64,000 nt of DNA from Chara braunii (Eukaryota > Plantae > Charophyceae). Below the pieces are notes generated by a model, which was not told the origin of the DNA, searched no databases, and worked only from the letters and a program-made list of their open reading frames with translations. Where the stretch lies: positions 3,391,309 to 3,455,308 of the forward strand of contig BFEA01000002.1 of NCBI GenBank assembly GCA_003427395.1, in the 5' to 3' direction. A program made the position numbers and the translations under genes. Each line of letters opens with the position of its first letter. The first letter of the stretch is position 1. This document shows, piece after piece, positions 26,332-37,135 of the stretch.

Positions 26332-26964
26332 CTACCACCGCCTAGTTGGAATAGGCCAGTAGAGGCAGTACGTGCCGGGGATCTCGCGGGGATGACGGGG
26401 TGGGAGTGGGGGTAGGAAGTGATTCATCCCTTCCATCGTCATCGGGAGTTCCTCGTATCGGATGATCCGGTGGAAGCGGGGGAAATGATCGCCACTGCGA
26501 GGGAGAGAAGCGAGGTAGTCGTGATAGAAGGAGGAGAGGGTGCGAAAAAGCGCCGCTCGATAGACCTCGAAGTGGCGGCAAGCGGGGATTGTCCCCGTGG
26601 CAATGTAGTAGACCTCTACTACGTTGGATTGCTCCCATGCAGCGCTGAACAGCAGGAGATGCCAGCAAAACGCGGGAGCAGCAGACTGAAGGGAGGCGTG
26701 GGGGTGGCCGGTGGCGAGTAGACGGGTAGAATAGAAGTTGCGGAAGAGATGGGGATGGAAGGGATGGGGAGAGAAGGTGACGGGGGTACGGATCTGCTCG
26801 AGGGTGAGGAAATTAAGGGGTCGGCGGGACAACGTCCGAGGACGAAGGCCTATCGCCCGCATCGGCACGTGGGCGAACTGAGGGACGGGTGGGGCTGGAG
26901 GAGGAGGGGGATCGGCGCCATCTCCGTCGCGCGGTACTTGAGGTGGCGGCTGCAGGGTCGCCAT
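26332..26964 (-). CDS. Accessory ORF of the Gypsy element, unknown function (210 aa)
   Basis: ATG-initiated open ORF, sense to pol, between integrase and the 3' LTR. Pro-rich N-terminus followed by a globular-looking region. Confidence 0.5.
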   Translation of the reverse strand: MATLQPPPQVPRDGDGADPPPPPAPPVPQFAHVPMRAIGLRPRTLSRRPLNFLTLEQIRTPVTFSPHPFHPHLFRNFYSTRLLATGHPHASLQSAAPAFCWHLLLFSAAWEQSNVVEVYYIATGTIPACRHFEVYRAALFRTLSSFYHDYLASLPRSGDHFPRFHRIIRYEELPMTMEGMNHFLPPLPPRHPREIPGTYCLYWPIPTRRW

Positions 26965-27571
26965 CTTCTTCTTTGTCGTCGTCGTCGATCACCACTTCTT
27001 CTGCCTTCGGGTAAAAGGCATAAGGGATGATCTCGTACGGCTTCAGATACTCCTGCCGCGATGGTAGCGTATCCTCGTCCCTAGGTTCCTCCAATCACGA
27101 AGTCCACTGAAGGTACGGATCTAGGGATCGCTCGAAAATGTACGGAGCAGGACTGTTATCACTCTGAAAGTAGATGTGGGGCGAGAGATCGTCCGCCAAT
27201 TGCACGATCGGTGCAATGAGCTCCTGTGCAATCAACTGACGGCGACCCGGTTGTACCGATCCAAAGAGGAATCCAATAAGATCTCCTTCCGTGTTAGTCC
27301 TCCAACCCTGTATGATCAACAACTCCGGATTCTCGATCCACGTGGGATGCTCGCTAGTGCCTATCCACGTCACCTGTACTCTGGCCAAGCAAGAGGACAG
27401 CTCAAAAGTTTCGCGCCACAATCGCCAATATCCAGGAATGATAAGAGGGACTGAAAGAGGCTCAAACGAGAAGGAAAGAGAAGGGTGAAGATCGGATTGC
27501 CAGAAGAAGGTGGGGAAGAGAGAGGGGAGACCAAAGGTAGAGAGAGGAGCGAGACGAGCAGCGTGGTTCAT
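26813..27571 (-). pseudogene. Accessory ORF of the Gypsy element, interrupted by an in-frame stop
   Basis: ORFs 27095-27571 and 26813-27094 are contiguous and in frame (LIIQGWRTNTEGDLIGFLFG...YLQWTS*LEEP...), ending in an acidic stretch. Confidence 0.5.
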
Positions 27572-28050
27572 TGGGGACGGGGGAAGGGGACGATGGTCGG
27601 GATCGCAACTGGCCGCTCGCGCGGTGATCGGCGAATACCGTCAAGATCCGATGCAACGATCGGGATGATGTTATACCCTTCCCAGGCGAGGACGTGCTGC
27701 CACACGTTGGACACTTGCTCCGTCCACTCGCGCAGCGAGGCCAAGATCGCGGTATGCCTCAGCGGATTGAACGAGCTGATGTCGCCGGTGAGTCCCGCCA
27801 CTGTGGTGACGTGGCTCGTTCTGGGACCCGCTCGCTGATGAACTGTGGTAACCTCCGCGAACAATATTGCGCGAGGACTTCCTTCGATTCGAAACGTGGC
27901 AACGACACAGATGCCTTCGTCGCAAAAGAATCGCATTAAACGCCGAAGATCCGTATTGAGCCGAGGGTGACAAACTTGCCGAATCCCTGAGATGTGTCCG
28001 CGTGGCTGCAACAGCTGAATGTCAAGAACCCGCTCCGTGATAAAACTCAT
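27568..28050 (-). CDS. Accessory ORF of the Gypsy element, unknown function (~160 aa)
   Basis: ATG at 28050 (MSFITERVLD...) preceded by a CU-rich tract; the frame stays open. Confidence 0.5.
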   Translation of the reverse strand: MSFITERVLDIQLLQPRGHISGIRQVCHPRLNTDLRRLMRFFCDEGICVVATFRIEGSPRAILFAEVTTVHQRAGPRTSHVTTVAGLTGDISSFNPLRHTAILASLREWTEQVSNVWQHVLAWEGYNIIPIVASDLDGIRRSPRERPVAIPTIVPFPRPQ

Positions 28051-28199
28051 GGCGAGGTCGGACAGGAGGATGAAGGACAAGAGGGAGAAAGACGGGAGAA
28101 AGTTAGATCGTCGTCGTTCTCCTCGCTTTCCGAGGAAGAAGAGGGAGGACGATCGGAAGGAGGAAGAAGACAGAGGTAGGAGGTATGCCGGACGATGGG

Positions 28200-29682
28200 G
28201 ACAGAGTTATGGCTGGCACTAGCCTCAGGCGAGACGCGCACCGTGTTAGCGCCGTTGGGTCCGAGTTCGACAACGCGAAAACAACCAGAGTACTTGGGAG
28301 TGAGTTTCCGATCGCGTGCACATTTACGTACCTGCACTAGGTCCCCTAATTTATATTGGTACTGGGGCCCAGCGTTTCCATTCCGGGCTTCGTAGCTACG
28401 GACCTATCTACCGTGGGCCAGCTCGGTCATCCTTTGTCTTTTTTGGGCTAGCTTCGGAACGGCCCGTTCCATCAAATCGATGTACCTTTTGGCCTTGGCC
28501 TTGAGGGCCGCACGCGTGTCTCTACCCCCTGCTTCGGCAATTTTCGAGTTGCCCCGGTAATCGACACAGGGGAGGTTATTAGTTCGAAGCTGAAAGGGGG
28601 TAAACCCTGTAGACTCGAGAGGGGTGGCCCGGTGGATCCCGACGATCTAATACACGATTTCGGGCCAAGGACGCGTGTCGTGTGCCGCTAAGTTCCTGCG
28701 AAGGGCGGTTTTAATCATACGGTTGGNCCGCTAAGTTCCTGCGAAGGGCGGTTTTAATCATACGGTTGGCATTCTCGGCCAACCTGTTCGACTGGGACAC
28801 ATGGGGTGCCGTATGTCGGAGCATGACGCCCCTTCGCGCAAGCAGTTCTTCTACCTCACCTTTAAATTCAGATCCATTGTCGGTTAGAATTTCTTCCGTA
28901 TCTAGATGGGTATAGAGGAACCGTTCGATGTACGTGGCTACTTCTGCGGCTCTTCGGGTCTTACAGGGATAGACCTCGATGTACTTGGAAAAGTGGTCGC
29001 TATCAGCGGCACAGACCGGACAGTTAGCGACAATGTATTTGGCATCACCTCGTATATTGGACCAGAACCATCGATTCTGGTCTACAGTTGCCTCCGTGAC
29101 ATGTATCGCGAAATGAGCGGCCTGTTCCTCGTGAGAAAATCGGATCCAATCGTATCTCTGGAAGGGATGGGGAACTGTCAGCCACGAACCGGATCTGTCA
29201 GTTTTACACTTTTCCAAATGATCGTTGATCCATCGATAGTCCCGAGATCTATCGGTCGCCCTACGTCTGTCGTGTTTGGTGAGGTGACCCAATGATAATC
29301 CCGCTAATTTCGCCAATAAAATTTTATCCGTCCAGACTTCCGCTCGTCGGTATTTTTCGTCGTATTCGGGACCGTCCGTATGGGCGGCCTCGAATCGAAC
29401 CTCCATGGGGAGCTTGTTCGTTCTACACAGGGGGCACCTCCAATCCTTGCTACTCGTTCGATATCGAACGCAGACCCCGTGCGCACGATTGACACACGTG
29501 GCACATTCTACCCAATCGACAAACCCAGTTTCGAAGGGATGACAGTCAACCCCATAAACCCGTGCAATACACGTGCAAAAATAACATAATTTATTGGGGA
29601 GGGTGGCAAAGAAAGCGGAGGATGTGAAAGGGGCAGAATTAGCGGGAGATGAAGGGGTTGCGGAGGCGAGTTGAGTAGCCAT
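28200..29682 (-). pseudogene. Retroelement integrase with N-terminal PHD-like finger (degenerate)
   Basis: Cys/His cluster C..C...WVECATC...H..C...WRCPLC. HHCC finger (H...H...CPVC). Core motifs DHFSKY, TDNGSEF and AEN. GPY/F-like tail LTPKYSGCFRVV near 28300. The segment carrying the first catalytic Asp appears deleted. Confidence 0.85.
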
Positions 29683-29742
29683 GATGTTAGAGGAGGAGAG
29701 GATGCAGGGAGGGTAGATCAGAACAATTAGTCCTCGTGCCAC

Positions 29743-31863
29743 TTATTGCTTCGATAAGATCTCCACTTGGCCGTACCGAGGTCCGATCTCCTGTTCAGGT
29801 TCGTTCCACGGAATCACCTCCTCAGCCTTTGGAACCTTCTCAGACCGATGCAGATGTGTCAGCCCGTCCGCATTCCCGTGTCTCTCGTGCTTCCGATGGC
29901 GGATGTCAAAGTCCATGCTCTGCAACACCGTTGCCCATCGCCCGATCATGCCCGAGTAATTATTCGACTTCTTCAGAGCCAACAGGGGCTCATGGTCAGT
30001 TACCAGGGTGAATTTTCGCCCGTACAGGTAAGCACGAAAGTGAATGATTCCCCAAAGAGCCGCATAGCATTCTCCCGTCGGAGTAGCGTAGTTGCGCTTG
30101 CAGGCGGGTACTGATTTGGACGCATACTCTACGACATTCTCGAGTCCGATTGGTCCCACCTGGGCAAGGATTGCCGAAATCGCCTCTGGCTGCCAGTCGG
30201 TGATGAGAACAAAAGGCTTTTCGGGATCCGGTCTTATAAGGACGGGAGCCGAAATGAGAGCAGCCTTGAGTTTGGAAAACGCTTGATCGCACTTCGGCGT
30301 TCAGATCAACGGCTGATCCTTGCGTAGGAGATTTGTGAGGGGTCCCGCAATCGCTCCGAAGCCCTTGATAAATCTTCTGTAATACGAGGCTAGGCCCAGA
30401 AAGGCGCGAACTTGCGTGATAGTGGTAGGCATTGGCGCGTCCCTGACATCTGCCACCTTATGCGGCTCCGGTTGGAGTCCCTTGTCTGTCACCACGTGCC
30501 CCAGGAAAGAAATGGTGGTGAGGAAAAACTGACACTTCTCAATCGCCACCTTGAAACCTGCATCTCGTAACGCATGCAGTGCCCACTCGATGTGCTGCAC
30601 GTGTCCCTCGTAGGATCTCGAATACACCAGGATGTCATCCATGTACACAATCACGCAGTAGTTGATGATGCTCTGCACCAGGCGAGTCTTCCGTACGAAA
30701 TTATGAAAAGCCATGTTCATGGCCCGCTGAAAAGTCGCAGGGACGTTGCAGATACCCATCGGACATCGAATCCACTGCCATGTACCCTCGAAAAGCACAA
30801 ACGCCGTTTTCGGACGATCTTCTTCTCGAACAAGAAGATGATGAAACCCATGGCGAACATCAAACTTGCTGAAAAATCGAGCACTCCCAATCGCATCTAA
30901 CAACTCATCAATCCGGGGGAGGGGATACACATCTTTGATCGTGATATCATTCAATTTTCGATAATCAATGCAAATGCGAATCCCTCTAGCCTTCTTAGGT
31001 ACGATTACTACAGGGAAAGACCATGGACCTATAGCAGGTTCGATCCATCCATTAGCTTCGAACTCCTTAATCCGCTGAAAAGCGGCCGCTCTTTGAGCTG
31101 GCGAGTATCGATAGGGAGCGCAGCTAATAGGCGGATGATCTCCTGTGAGGATGGCATGCTCAGTTACATTAGTTAAGTCGATATCATTGTCATGCACGCT
31201 CAACACTTTTGAGTAACCATTTAACACACAGATTAACGACTCCCGGAGTTCCGCGGGAACGTGACTCGGGAGCGTGATCGTCGATTCCCTGAACATCTTA
31301 AGGGGGATATCGATCCAATCAACTGGCCGCTCCCGCCGCTCATTGACACTAGAAAAAACGGAACTACTGGTGCAAACAGAGAAGACAGTTGCTATCATCT
31401 GGGACTCAGCGGGGCTGATCATCTCCGTTTCTTTAGTTTCAGCATCGGTTTCTGAACCGACCGAGGTCGGTTCCACAGGTAGCCCGATTAGATCCGTCAT
31501 TTCTTGCATTAGATTAGGTACGTCACTTACCGGTGCTTCCGCCTCTTGTTTAATCAAGGCAATGGTGACTCCAGTCGTTAATAACGATCTGGGCGGAAAA
31601 GCAGAGACATCCAAATACTGTTCTGTTTGCTGATAGCGCGTTCGTAAGGAAAGAGTTCCCTCGTACAAGGTGCGAGGGGGTTCCAAATCATCAGCCAGAT
31701 CGGAGACTTGTAATATAGGTTCCCCGAGGACTGAAGGACTGACCTGGGCTGTTAGAGGTGTGAATGCACTGTCTTCAGAATCCACGTGGAAGCTCCGAGC
31801 GGTGTCGGGGCACACTCGAAATTCTTCAGGGGTTTCATGTTCGAAAAGTTCAACTAGATGTTT
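29743..31863 (-). pseudogene. pol: Reverse transcriptase-RNase H portion of pol
   Basis: RT motifs CIDYRKLN, YPLPRID, PATFQR and YMDD. RNase H motifs ECYAALWG, TDHEPL and NADGL. In-frame stops at 31864 and 30301. Confidence 0.95.
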
Positions 31864-34002
31864 TCATTCCTCTTCACTGGGTATCTCTTCTTCGTATTCT
31901 CGCTCCCTGATTCCATCCCCGAGGTTCGAGGGGGAGCACTCCTCGGGATCAATGTATCGAATCATCCCGATGGGAGCCGAGTTAGGGACCCGTTTTATCG
32001 TTCGGGTGGAAACCCGCAAAGGAACAGTCTGAGGCTTTCTCCCAGTTTGTGTAAGCACCAATTGTTTCGAATCGAAATGCAGACGTGCGCCCACCGCTGT
32101 CGCCCAGGGTAATCCCAACAACACAGAATAGGAACGTACATCTATTACGAGCGCGTTAACAAGGACGTGTACTCGTCCCACCTTTACGGCTACGTTATCG
32201 ATAATACCTACGATGTTCATTGCTTCCTCGTCGGCAGAGACATAGTTGTCTTTGCCAGATTGAGAAAGAATGGATCCAAGTCGTCCCGTCTTTTTGACAG
32301 TATCCAATGATATGGCCACGACAGAAGACCCTGTGTCAATAAGGGCATTAAACGGTTTGCCCCACACTTCACAGTCACATTCCGCACTTTTCCATAGGAC
32401 CGGCCGAGCTCGTACGAAGTGGTCCTTTTCTACTAACGAGATTGCTGCTATACGTGCGGCTTTGGGTTCAGGTTCTTTTGAGTCTGGCTCAGGAGGCGCA
32501 ACTTCCTCACCTTCCTCCTTCTTCTTCATCATCCGTTGTATGCGCTGATAGGTGAAGCGCTTTTGATTTTTCTGGCAGTGTTGTAAAAATTTATCGTTCG
32601 CTGCTTCAGATATGGTAAGAAGATGTCCTACTGGGATAGGAACACGAATATCTAATTGCTTGAGCGTTTTCAGTACATCAATATCCCCTGTCCGAAACTG
32701 TGGTCCGGGATTGGACTCGCGATCGACCCATTCGAGATCATCTTGGGCCGATCGGATCGCTCCGATCATTCCGGCAAGATGGAGATACTCGAGGGGATCG
32801 ACCACGTCAGCCGCGTCAGAGGAAGAAGTTCCTGATGTTGACGCCATTGTCGTCGAAGGGGAAGGCTGCTCCGGGGCGTATGCCACGGGTTCTCTTCCCG
32901 GGGCCTTGTCCATCAGAGCGGCCACTCGTCCTTGATTAAGGGTGACGGGGGCAGCAGCATGGGGAGGCTGATTAGGTTTCGGCTGCGGACAGTCTCGGGC
33001 GAAATGCCCGGGCTGTTTGCAGTTGAAACACTCGATCTTTCCTGCCGGATTAGCTAGATGGGGAAACTGAGGGGCGAATCCTGGAGCAGGTGGAGCAGGT
33101 AAGAGTGGAAACGATGCAGGGGCAGGCCGAGCAGGAGCTGGGTTAGGCTTAATGAGCCTGCTCATTATCTGTTCCATTCGTTCCATGTGAGCGGCCTGCA
33201 TTTGGATCAAGTTGCTCACCCATTCGGACTGCTTGGTAGTGACCGTATGGATCATCTGGGCAAGATGCAAATTGGTTATGGCGGGCGAGGGGGATTCGGA
33301 TGGAGTTCCGCTTCTAACAGCTGCGATTGATTGATTCACCGGGGGAGAGGGAGGAGAAGCAGCCAGGATATCGGAGACGATTCCGCCGGGAAGGTCATGG
33401 TCGGGGCGGGGATAGAACCGTTCGACCGCCTGTAGCCACGATCGCCTTTTGGCCGTTACATCCCGTATGGTATCTGTAATATCCTCATCTCCCTGGCTGA
33501 TATATTTTTTTGTATCAGCCAAGTCTAGCTCCAACGCTTTACCGATGATAGCCAATAACTGGGTTGTTTTCGGCGGAACCTTTTTTTTCTGCAGTTTCCC
33601 TTTCAAGGTCGGACTTCGAAGGTGATCAATAAACAAGTCTCGAGCGGAATTCTCGTCTCGCCCGGATTTGTCCAACGTGGTTTGAAATCGATCGACGAAA
33701 TCGGGCAATAATTCTCCTGGTCCTTGTGGTCGATTTTTTAGTACATACCAGGCGGCATCTTCACTAACCGTATCGAATCGAGCCAAGAATGCTCGCTTGA
33801 AAGTATCCCAATCTCCCCATGTATGCTTTCTGAACCAGTCGTGCAATGTATTGCGGAGTAGCAATGTCATAACACAGGGAAGATCGGTTGCGCTGTAGTT
33901 TTGAGCTTTGACAGCTTCCAGCCAAGCCTCGGGATGGGTATGGTTAGGGAAGAAGGGAAAGGGGGCAGGGATGCTAACGATCACCCTAGTACCGTCCACC
34001 AT
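31864..34002 (-). CDS. gag: Gag with CCHC zinc knuckle plus aspartic protease, in frame with RT across one stop
   Basis: CFNCKQPGHFARDC knuckle; protease motifs ALIDTGSSV and VLLGLPW. Confidence 0.9.
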   Translation of the reverse strand: MVDGTRVIVSIPAPFPFFPNHTHPEAWLEAVKAQNYSATDLPCVMTLLLRNTLHDWFRKHTWGDWDTFKRAFLARFDTVSEDAAWYVLKNRPQGPGELLPDFVDRFQTTLDKSGRDENSARDLFIDHLRSPTLKGKLQKKKVPPKTTQLLAIIGKALELDLADTKKYISQGDEDITDTIRDVTAKRRSWLQAVERFYPRPDHDLPGGIVSDILAASPPSPPVNQSIAAVRSGTPSESPSPAITNLHLAQMIHTVTTKQSEWVSNLIQMQAAHMERMEQIMSRLIKPNPAPARPAPASFPLLPAPPAPGFAPQFPHLANPAGKIECFNCKQPGHFARDCPQPKPNQPPHAAAPVTLNQGRVAALMDKAPGREPVAYAPEQPSPSTTMASTSGTSSSDAADVVDPLEYLHLAGMIGAIRSAQDDLEWVDRESNPGPQFRTGDIDVLKTLKQLDIRVPIPVGHLLTISEAANDKFLQHCQKNQKRFTYQRIQRMMKKKEEGEEVAPPEPDSKEPEPKAARIAAISLVEKDHFVRARPVLWKSAECDCEVWGKPFNALIDTGSSVVAISLDTVKKTGRLGSILSQSGKDNYVSADEEAMNIVGIIDNVAVKVGRVHVLVNALVIDVRSYSVLLGLPWATAVGARLHFDSKQLVLTQTGRKPQTVPLRVSTRTIKRVPNSAPIGMIRYIDPEECSPSNLGDGIREREYEEEIPSEEE

Positions 34003-34125
34003 TGGTATTGCTGGTGCAGCCGCACTAGACTGAGACCGGGTTACTGGGCGATCTCAACGAGCTAGTTGAGGGTCTCTCCTACCTCTCGCCAGTTCGACTT
34101 ACTATCATCAGAACCGACACGTGTC

Positions 34126-34138
34126 GGCTCCGATACCA
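34126..34138 (-). promoter_or_regulatory. Primer binding site, tRNA-iMet type
   Basis: TGGTATCGGAGCC directly after the 5' LTR (canonical TGGTATCAGAGC). Confidence 0.9.
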
Positions 34139-36800
34139 ACCTCACGCCCGATGCTGTCTTCCGTTCGGAGTGTTAGCTGTGCGGAAAAGAGGCCCAGAAA
34201 AACAGCAAGATGGGGTGCGCCAAGGATTTCTGGAAATTGAGTGTGGGGACACAGATGGAACTGAAATCCCCCGTGTTGGTCCGATGAAGCAAGTCGATTA
34301 GTTTCGCGCGTCGCGGGCTGCGCGAGCGGACATGGCGAGAAAACAGAAGGATCCAAATTCAATCCAGAAAGTACTGTCGGGCTTCCCACCGGGCTACAGC
34401 CCGTCGTTTAGAACGGAAAGGCTCTGGCACGATTCGCGTGTCTCGTTTTCGTATCAGATCTTGTCGTCGTTCACTGGTCAGTTCTGAATCCGGCGTGGAT
34501 GGTCTCAGCCGAGTGGCTCTTTCCTTATGCTCGTCCTCACTCCGTATTCGGTAGCGGAAGCCCTTCGCTTCGTAGCGATCGAAACACTGGCACTCCGTGC
34601 ACAGAGTGCGGGGTCCAATGGGGCGCCACTGCCGTCCACGGAATGACGATCAACTCGTTAAACGACAACAATATCAAGTAGGGTGGAAAGTGCATATCGA
34701 TAATGATAAATCCGGCGTCTACGAACCCTGAACAACGGTTGGCCGGAGGGAAGTAATACTGTCCGCCGATTTCTGCGACGGCTTCTCGTACGTCCCACTC
34801 ACATACACGTGTCCTTTCCTCACTGTAGGGAAAAGGTCGCGTTGGGATGGGAGATACGGGAGGCATGCGCCCAATCGAAGGGTGCTTGTCAGTCCACATA
34901 TCAATTAATCACATATATCCAGAGGCATCATTAAGAGCAAAAATCATTCATGCGACCCTCAATCTACCCTTCTCGACACACGAGGGAGCAGACACACATC
35001 AACTTGATCATGCATAGGGCTAAGGGACCGACCCGCGACTCAGTTCAACATAACGTTGGTTTCCGGTGCCTTGTTTCTCAAGGTCACCTGGTGGCGTGGC
35101 TGTTGATGTCGTGCCGCATAAAGCAGATGGCATGCGCAGTGCGTTCGGGACCATAGATCTAAACACTGTTATATTCTCGAACAAAATCCCGACGACACTC
35201 GTCTAATCAATCCGAAAGGTTCACGCGTCTCTATACATGCATTCACTGTGGGAGGTGCGAAAATGAGACATTCACAGGAAAAGATGGATCGCATTGCACA
35301 GTACACACGCATCCATCGTTCACAAGACAAGTAGGCGGGGTCCTTGCGTAGGAGGATTACCCAGGAAACTAATGGAAGAGTTCCGGAAGAAGTTCTTTCA
35401 CACAAAAACAGGAGGCCGACTTATTCCCATTCAAGAGAGGGACAATCATTCAGACGCATCGTCTTTCGAGAAGAGAGAGAGAGAGAGAGAGTCGAGGGAA
35501 AGAAAGTCCAAAATAGAAGATGGCAAGATCCAGGAAGAGAAAAGTTCGGTGTCACCGCCGTACACTCACGCGAAAGATAACAATCCGCAACAAAGGTGCA
35601 TTCGCCGTTAATTCCAATATGGCCCCGGGCCAATCAACTCAACATCAATCCTCATACCCGTACCGACGATCCCGGCCGTCGCGAGCTAACTCCCACCACT
35701 GCGATCGTCACCCCGCTGTCGTAAACTCGACACGGTTCACCTAGATCCCATAGTCCATCGTGGCGATTCAGCGCGCAACCGGCCAGTCTATCGTCAGCCC
35801 GACAGGACTTTCCGAATCACTTTAAATACTCTGCCTAGCCACTGCTTCCCGGAAGCTGGCTTCAGAGTCGAGAACGTAAGAGAGATTTGCGGGCGCGCTT
35901 GCGGGTTTTATAGTTGCGAGAAAGGAGATAGAAGAGGGAGAGAACGACGGGAAGGCGGGGGTGTAGGAGGAGAAGGAGGAGAAGACTTTGAGAAGAGCGC
36001 TCCGAGAACGCCATGTTGATCCCTCGGAACTCAAGGTTCAACCAATCAGATTCGTCGTGCGATAGGAAGGTCCTATCGATCCGCGCACGTGATTGATGAG
36101 CGGGAGTTATCGGAGGATCGACTNGGAGTCGTACGCCAGACTCAGAGGGTGAGAAGAGAAAAGGCGNGAGAGGTGGCGCAAGACGGGTCCAAGATTCAGN
36201 CGATCAAGAAAGGNAAATGGGCGNGCAAAANAGCAAGACGGGGGAGGGGGAGAGANGGAGAAACAGTTANGGGGANAGAGAAAGAGGAGGGAGAAGGAAA
36301 GGGAGCGNGGGAGGGAGCGATGCGGGGGACAGAGAGGAGAAAGCTTCTGCATGCGTGGCGCCGTCAACAAAAAAAGAAAGAAAAAGGCACCGAAACAGTT
36401 ACAGTTTGCTTNTATCCTAATTCAAAATTGAAATCANCATATCCGTGCGCGAAAAAGTGACGCGGAAAAAATCCTACGCCTATTTATGTTCANGCGAAAT
36501 TCCGAGAGTTTTCCCCNACGCGCCCAAGAACACTCACACACCCAAAAAGGACACGTCGAAGTTCCGCTTATCCCGGAATTCCCAACCGCTGGGCCCAATT
36601 CCCAGTGTGCTCGCTAAGGCGCACGCAAATCCCCATGTATTTCCCGACTTTGCAAAAAAGAAAAACAGAACTCAGCAGTCGAAAAAGAGAAAATGCGGCA
36701 CCCGAAAGCAAGAAATCAAAAACGGGGTTTTCCTGGGGTTGGTAATAAGCAAAAGAAAGGGTACGAAAGGTGGCACGGGGTCGTGAAGTGGTTCGTCACA
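34137..36800 (-). repeat. 5' LTR
   Basis: Starts TGTGACGAACCAC, contains TATAAAA near 35910, and abuts the PBS. Confidence 0.95.
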
Positions 36801-37135
36801 CATACATCGGTCGTGGGCCCTTAGCGTTAACGCTACGCGTTTCCTGCGCCTCGGCAAAGGCTTGGCATGGCAATGGGGGAGGGAGCTGGTGGCCCCATGG
36901 AAACTGGGCAAAAGGACTACACGATGTCCTGGTGGTGTGCTATGTGGAAAAGCGCGAACAGTGGTAGCAAGGAGGCAAAAAAACAGAAAGGAAAACGAAC
37001 GAGGAAAAAATAAAGATAGATGGTTGATTTCCTTTCTTTTCATTTTTTTTTTTGGGGGGGGGGAAAGAATGTATCTGGCTTCATTCTGCACGGAGTTATA
37101 TGTATCTTAGGGCAATCACGTTCAGATGCTGGTTT

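Larger units (their letters stand above)
23313..36800 (-). mobile_element. Full-length Ty3/Gypsy LTR retrotransposon with long LTRs and extra 3' ORFs
   Basis: LTRs at 23313-25965 and 34137-36800, PBS, Gag-PR-RT-RH then integrase order, TG...CA outer termini, imperfect 4-bp TSD (caca / cata). Confidence 0.95.

Noticed and set aside
28685-28770. Tandem duplication inside the integrase
   Set aside because: The copies are separated by a single N, typical of a contig-overlap artefact.
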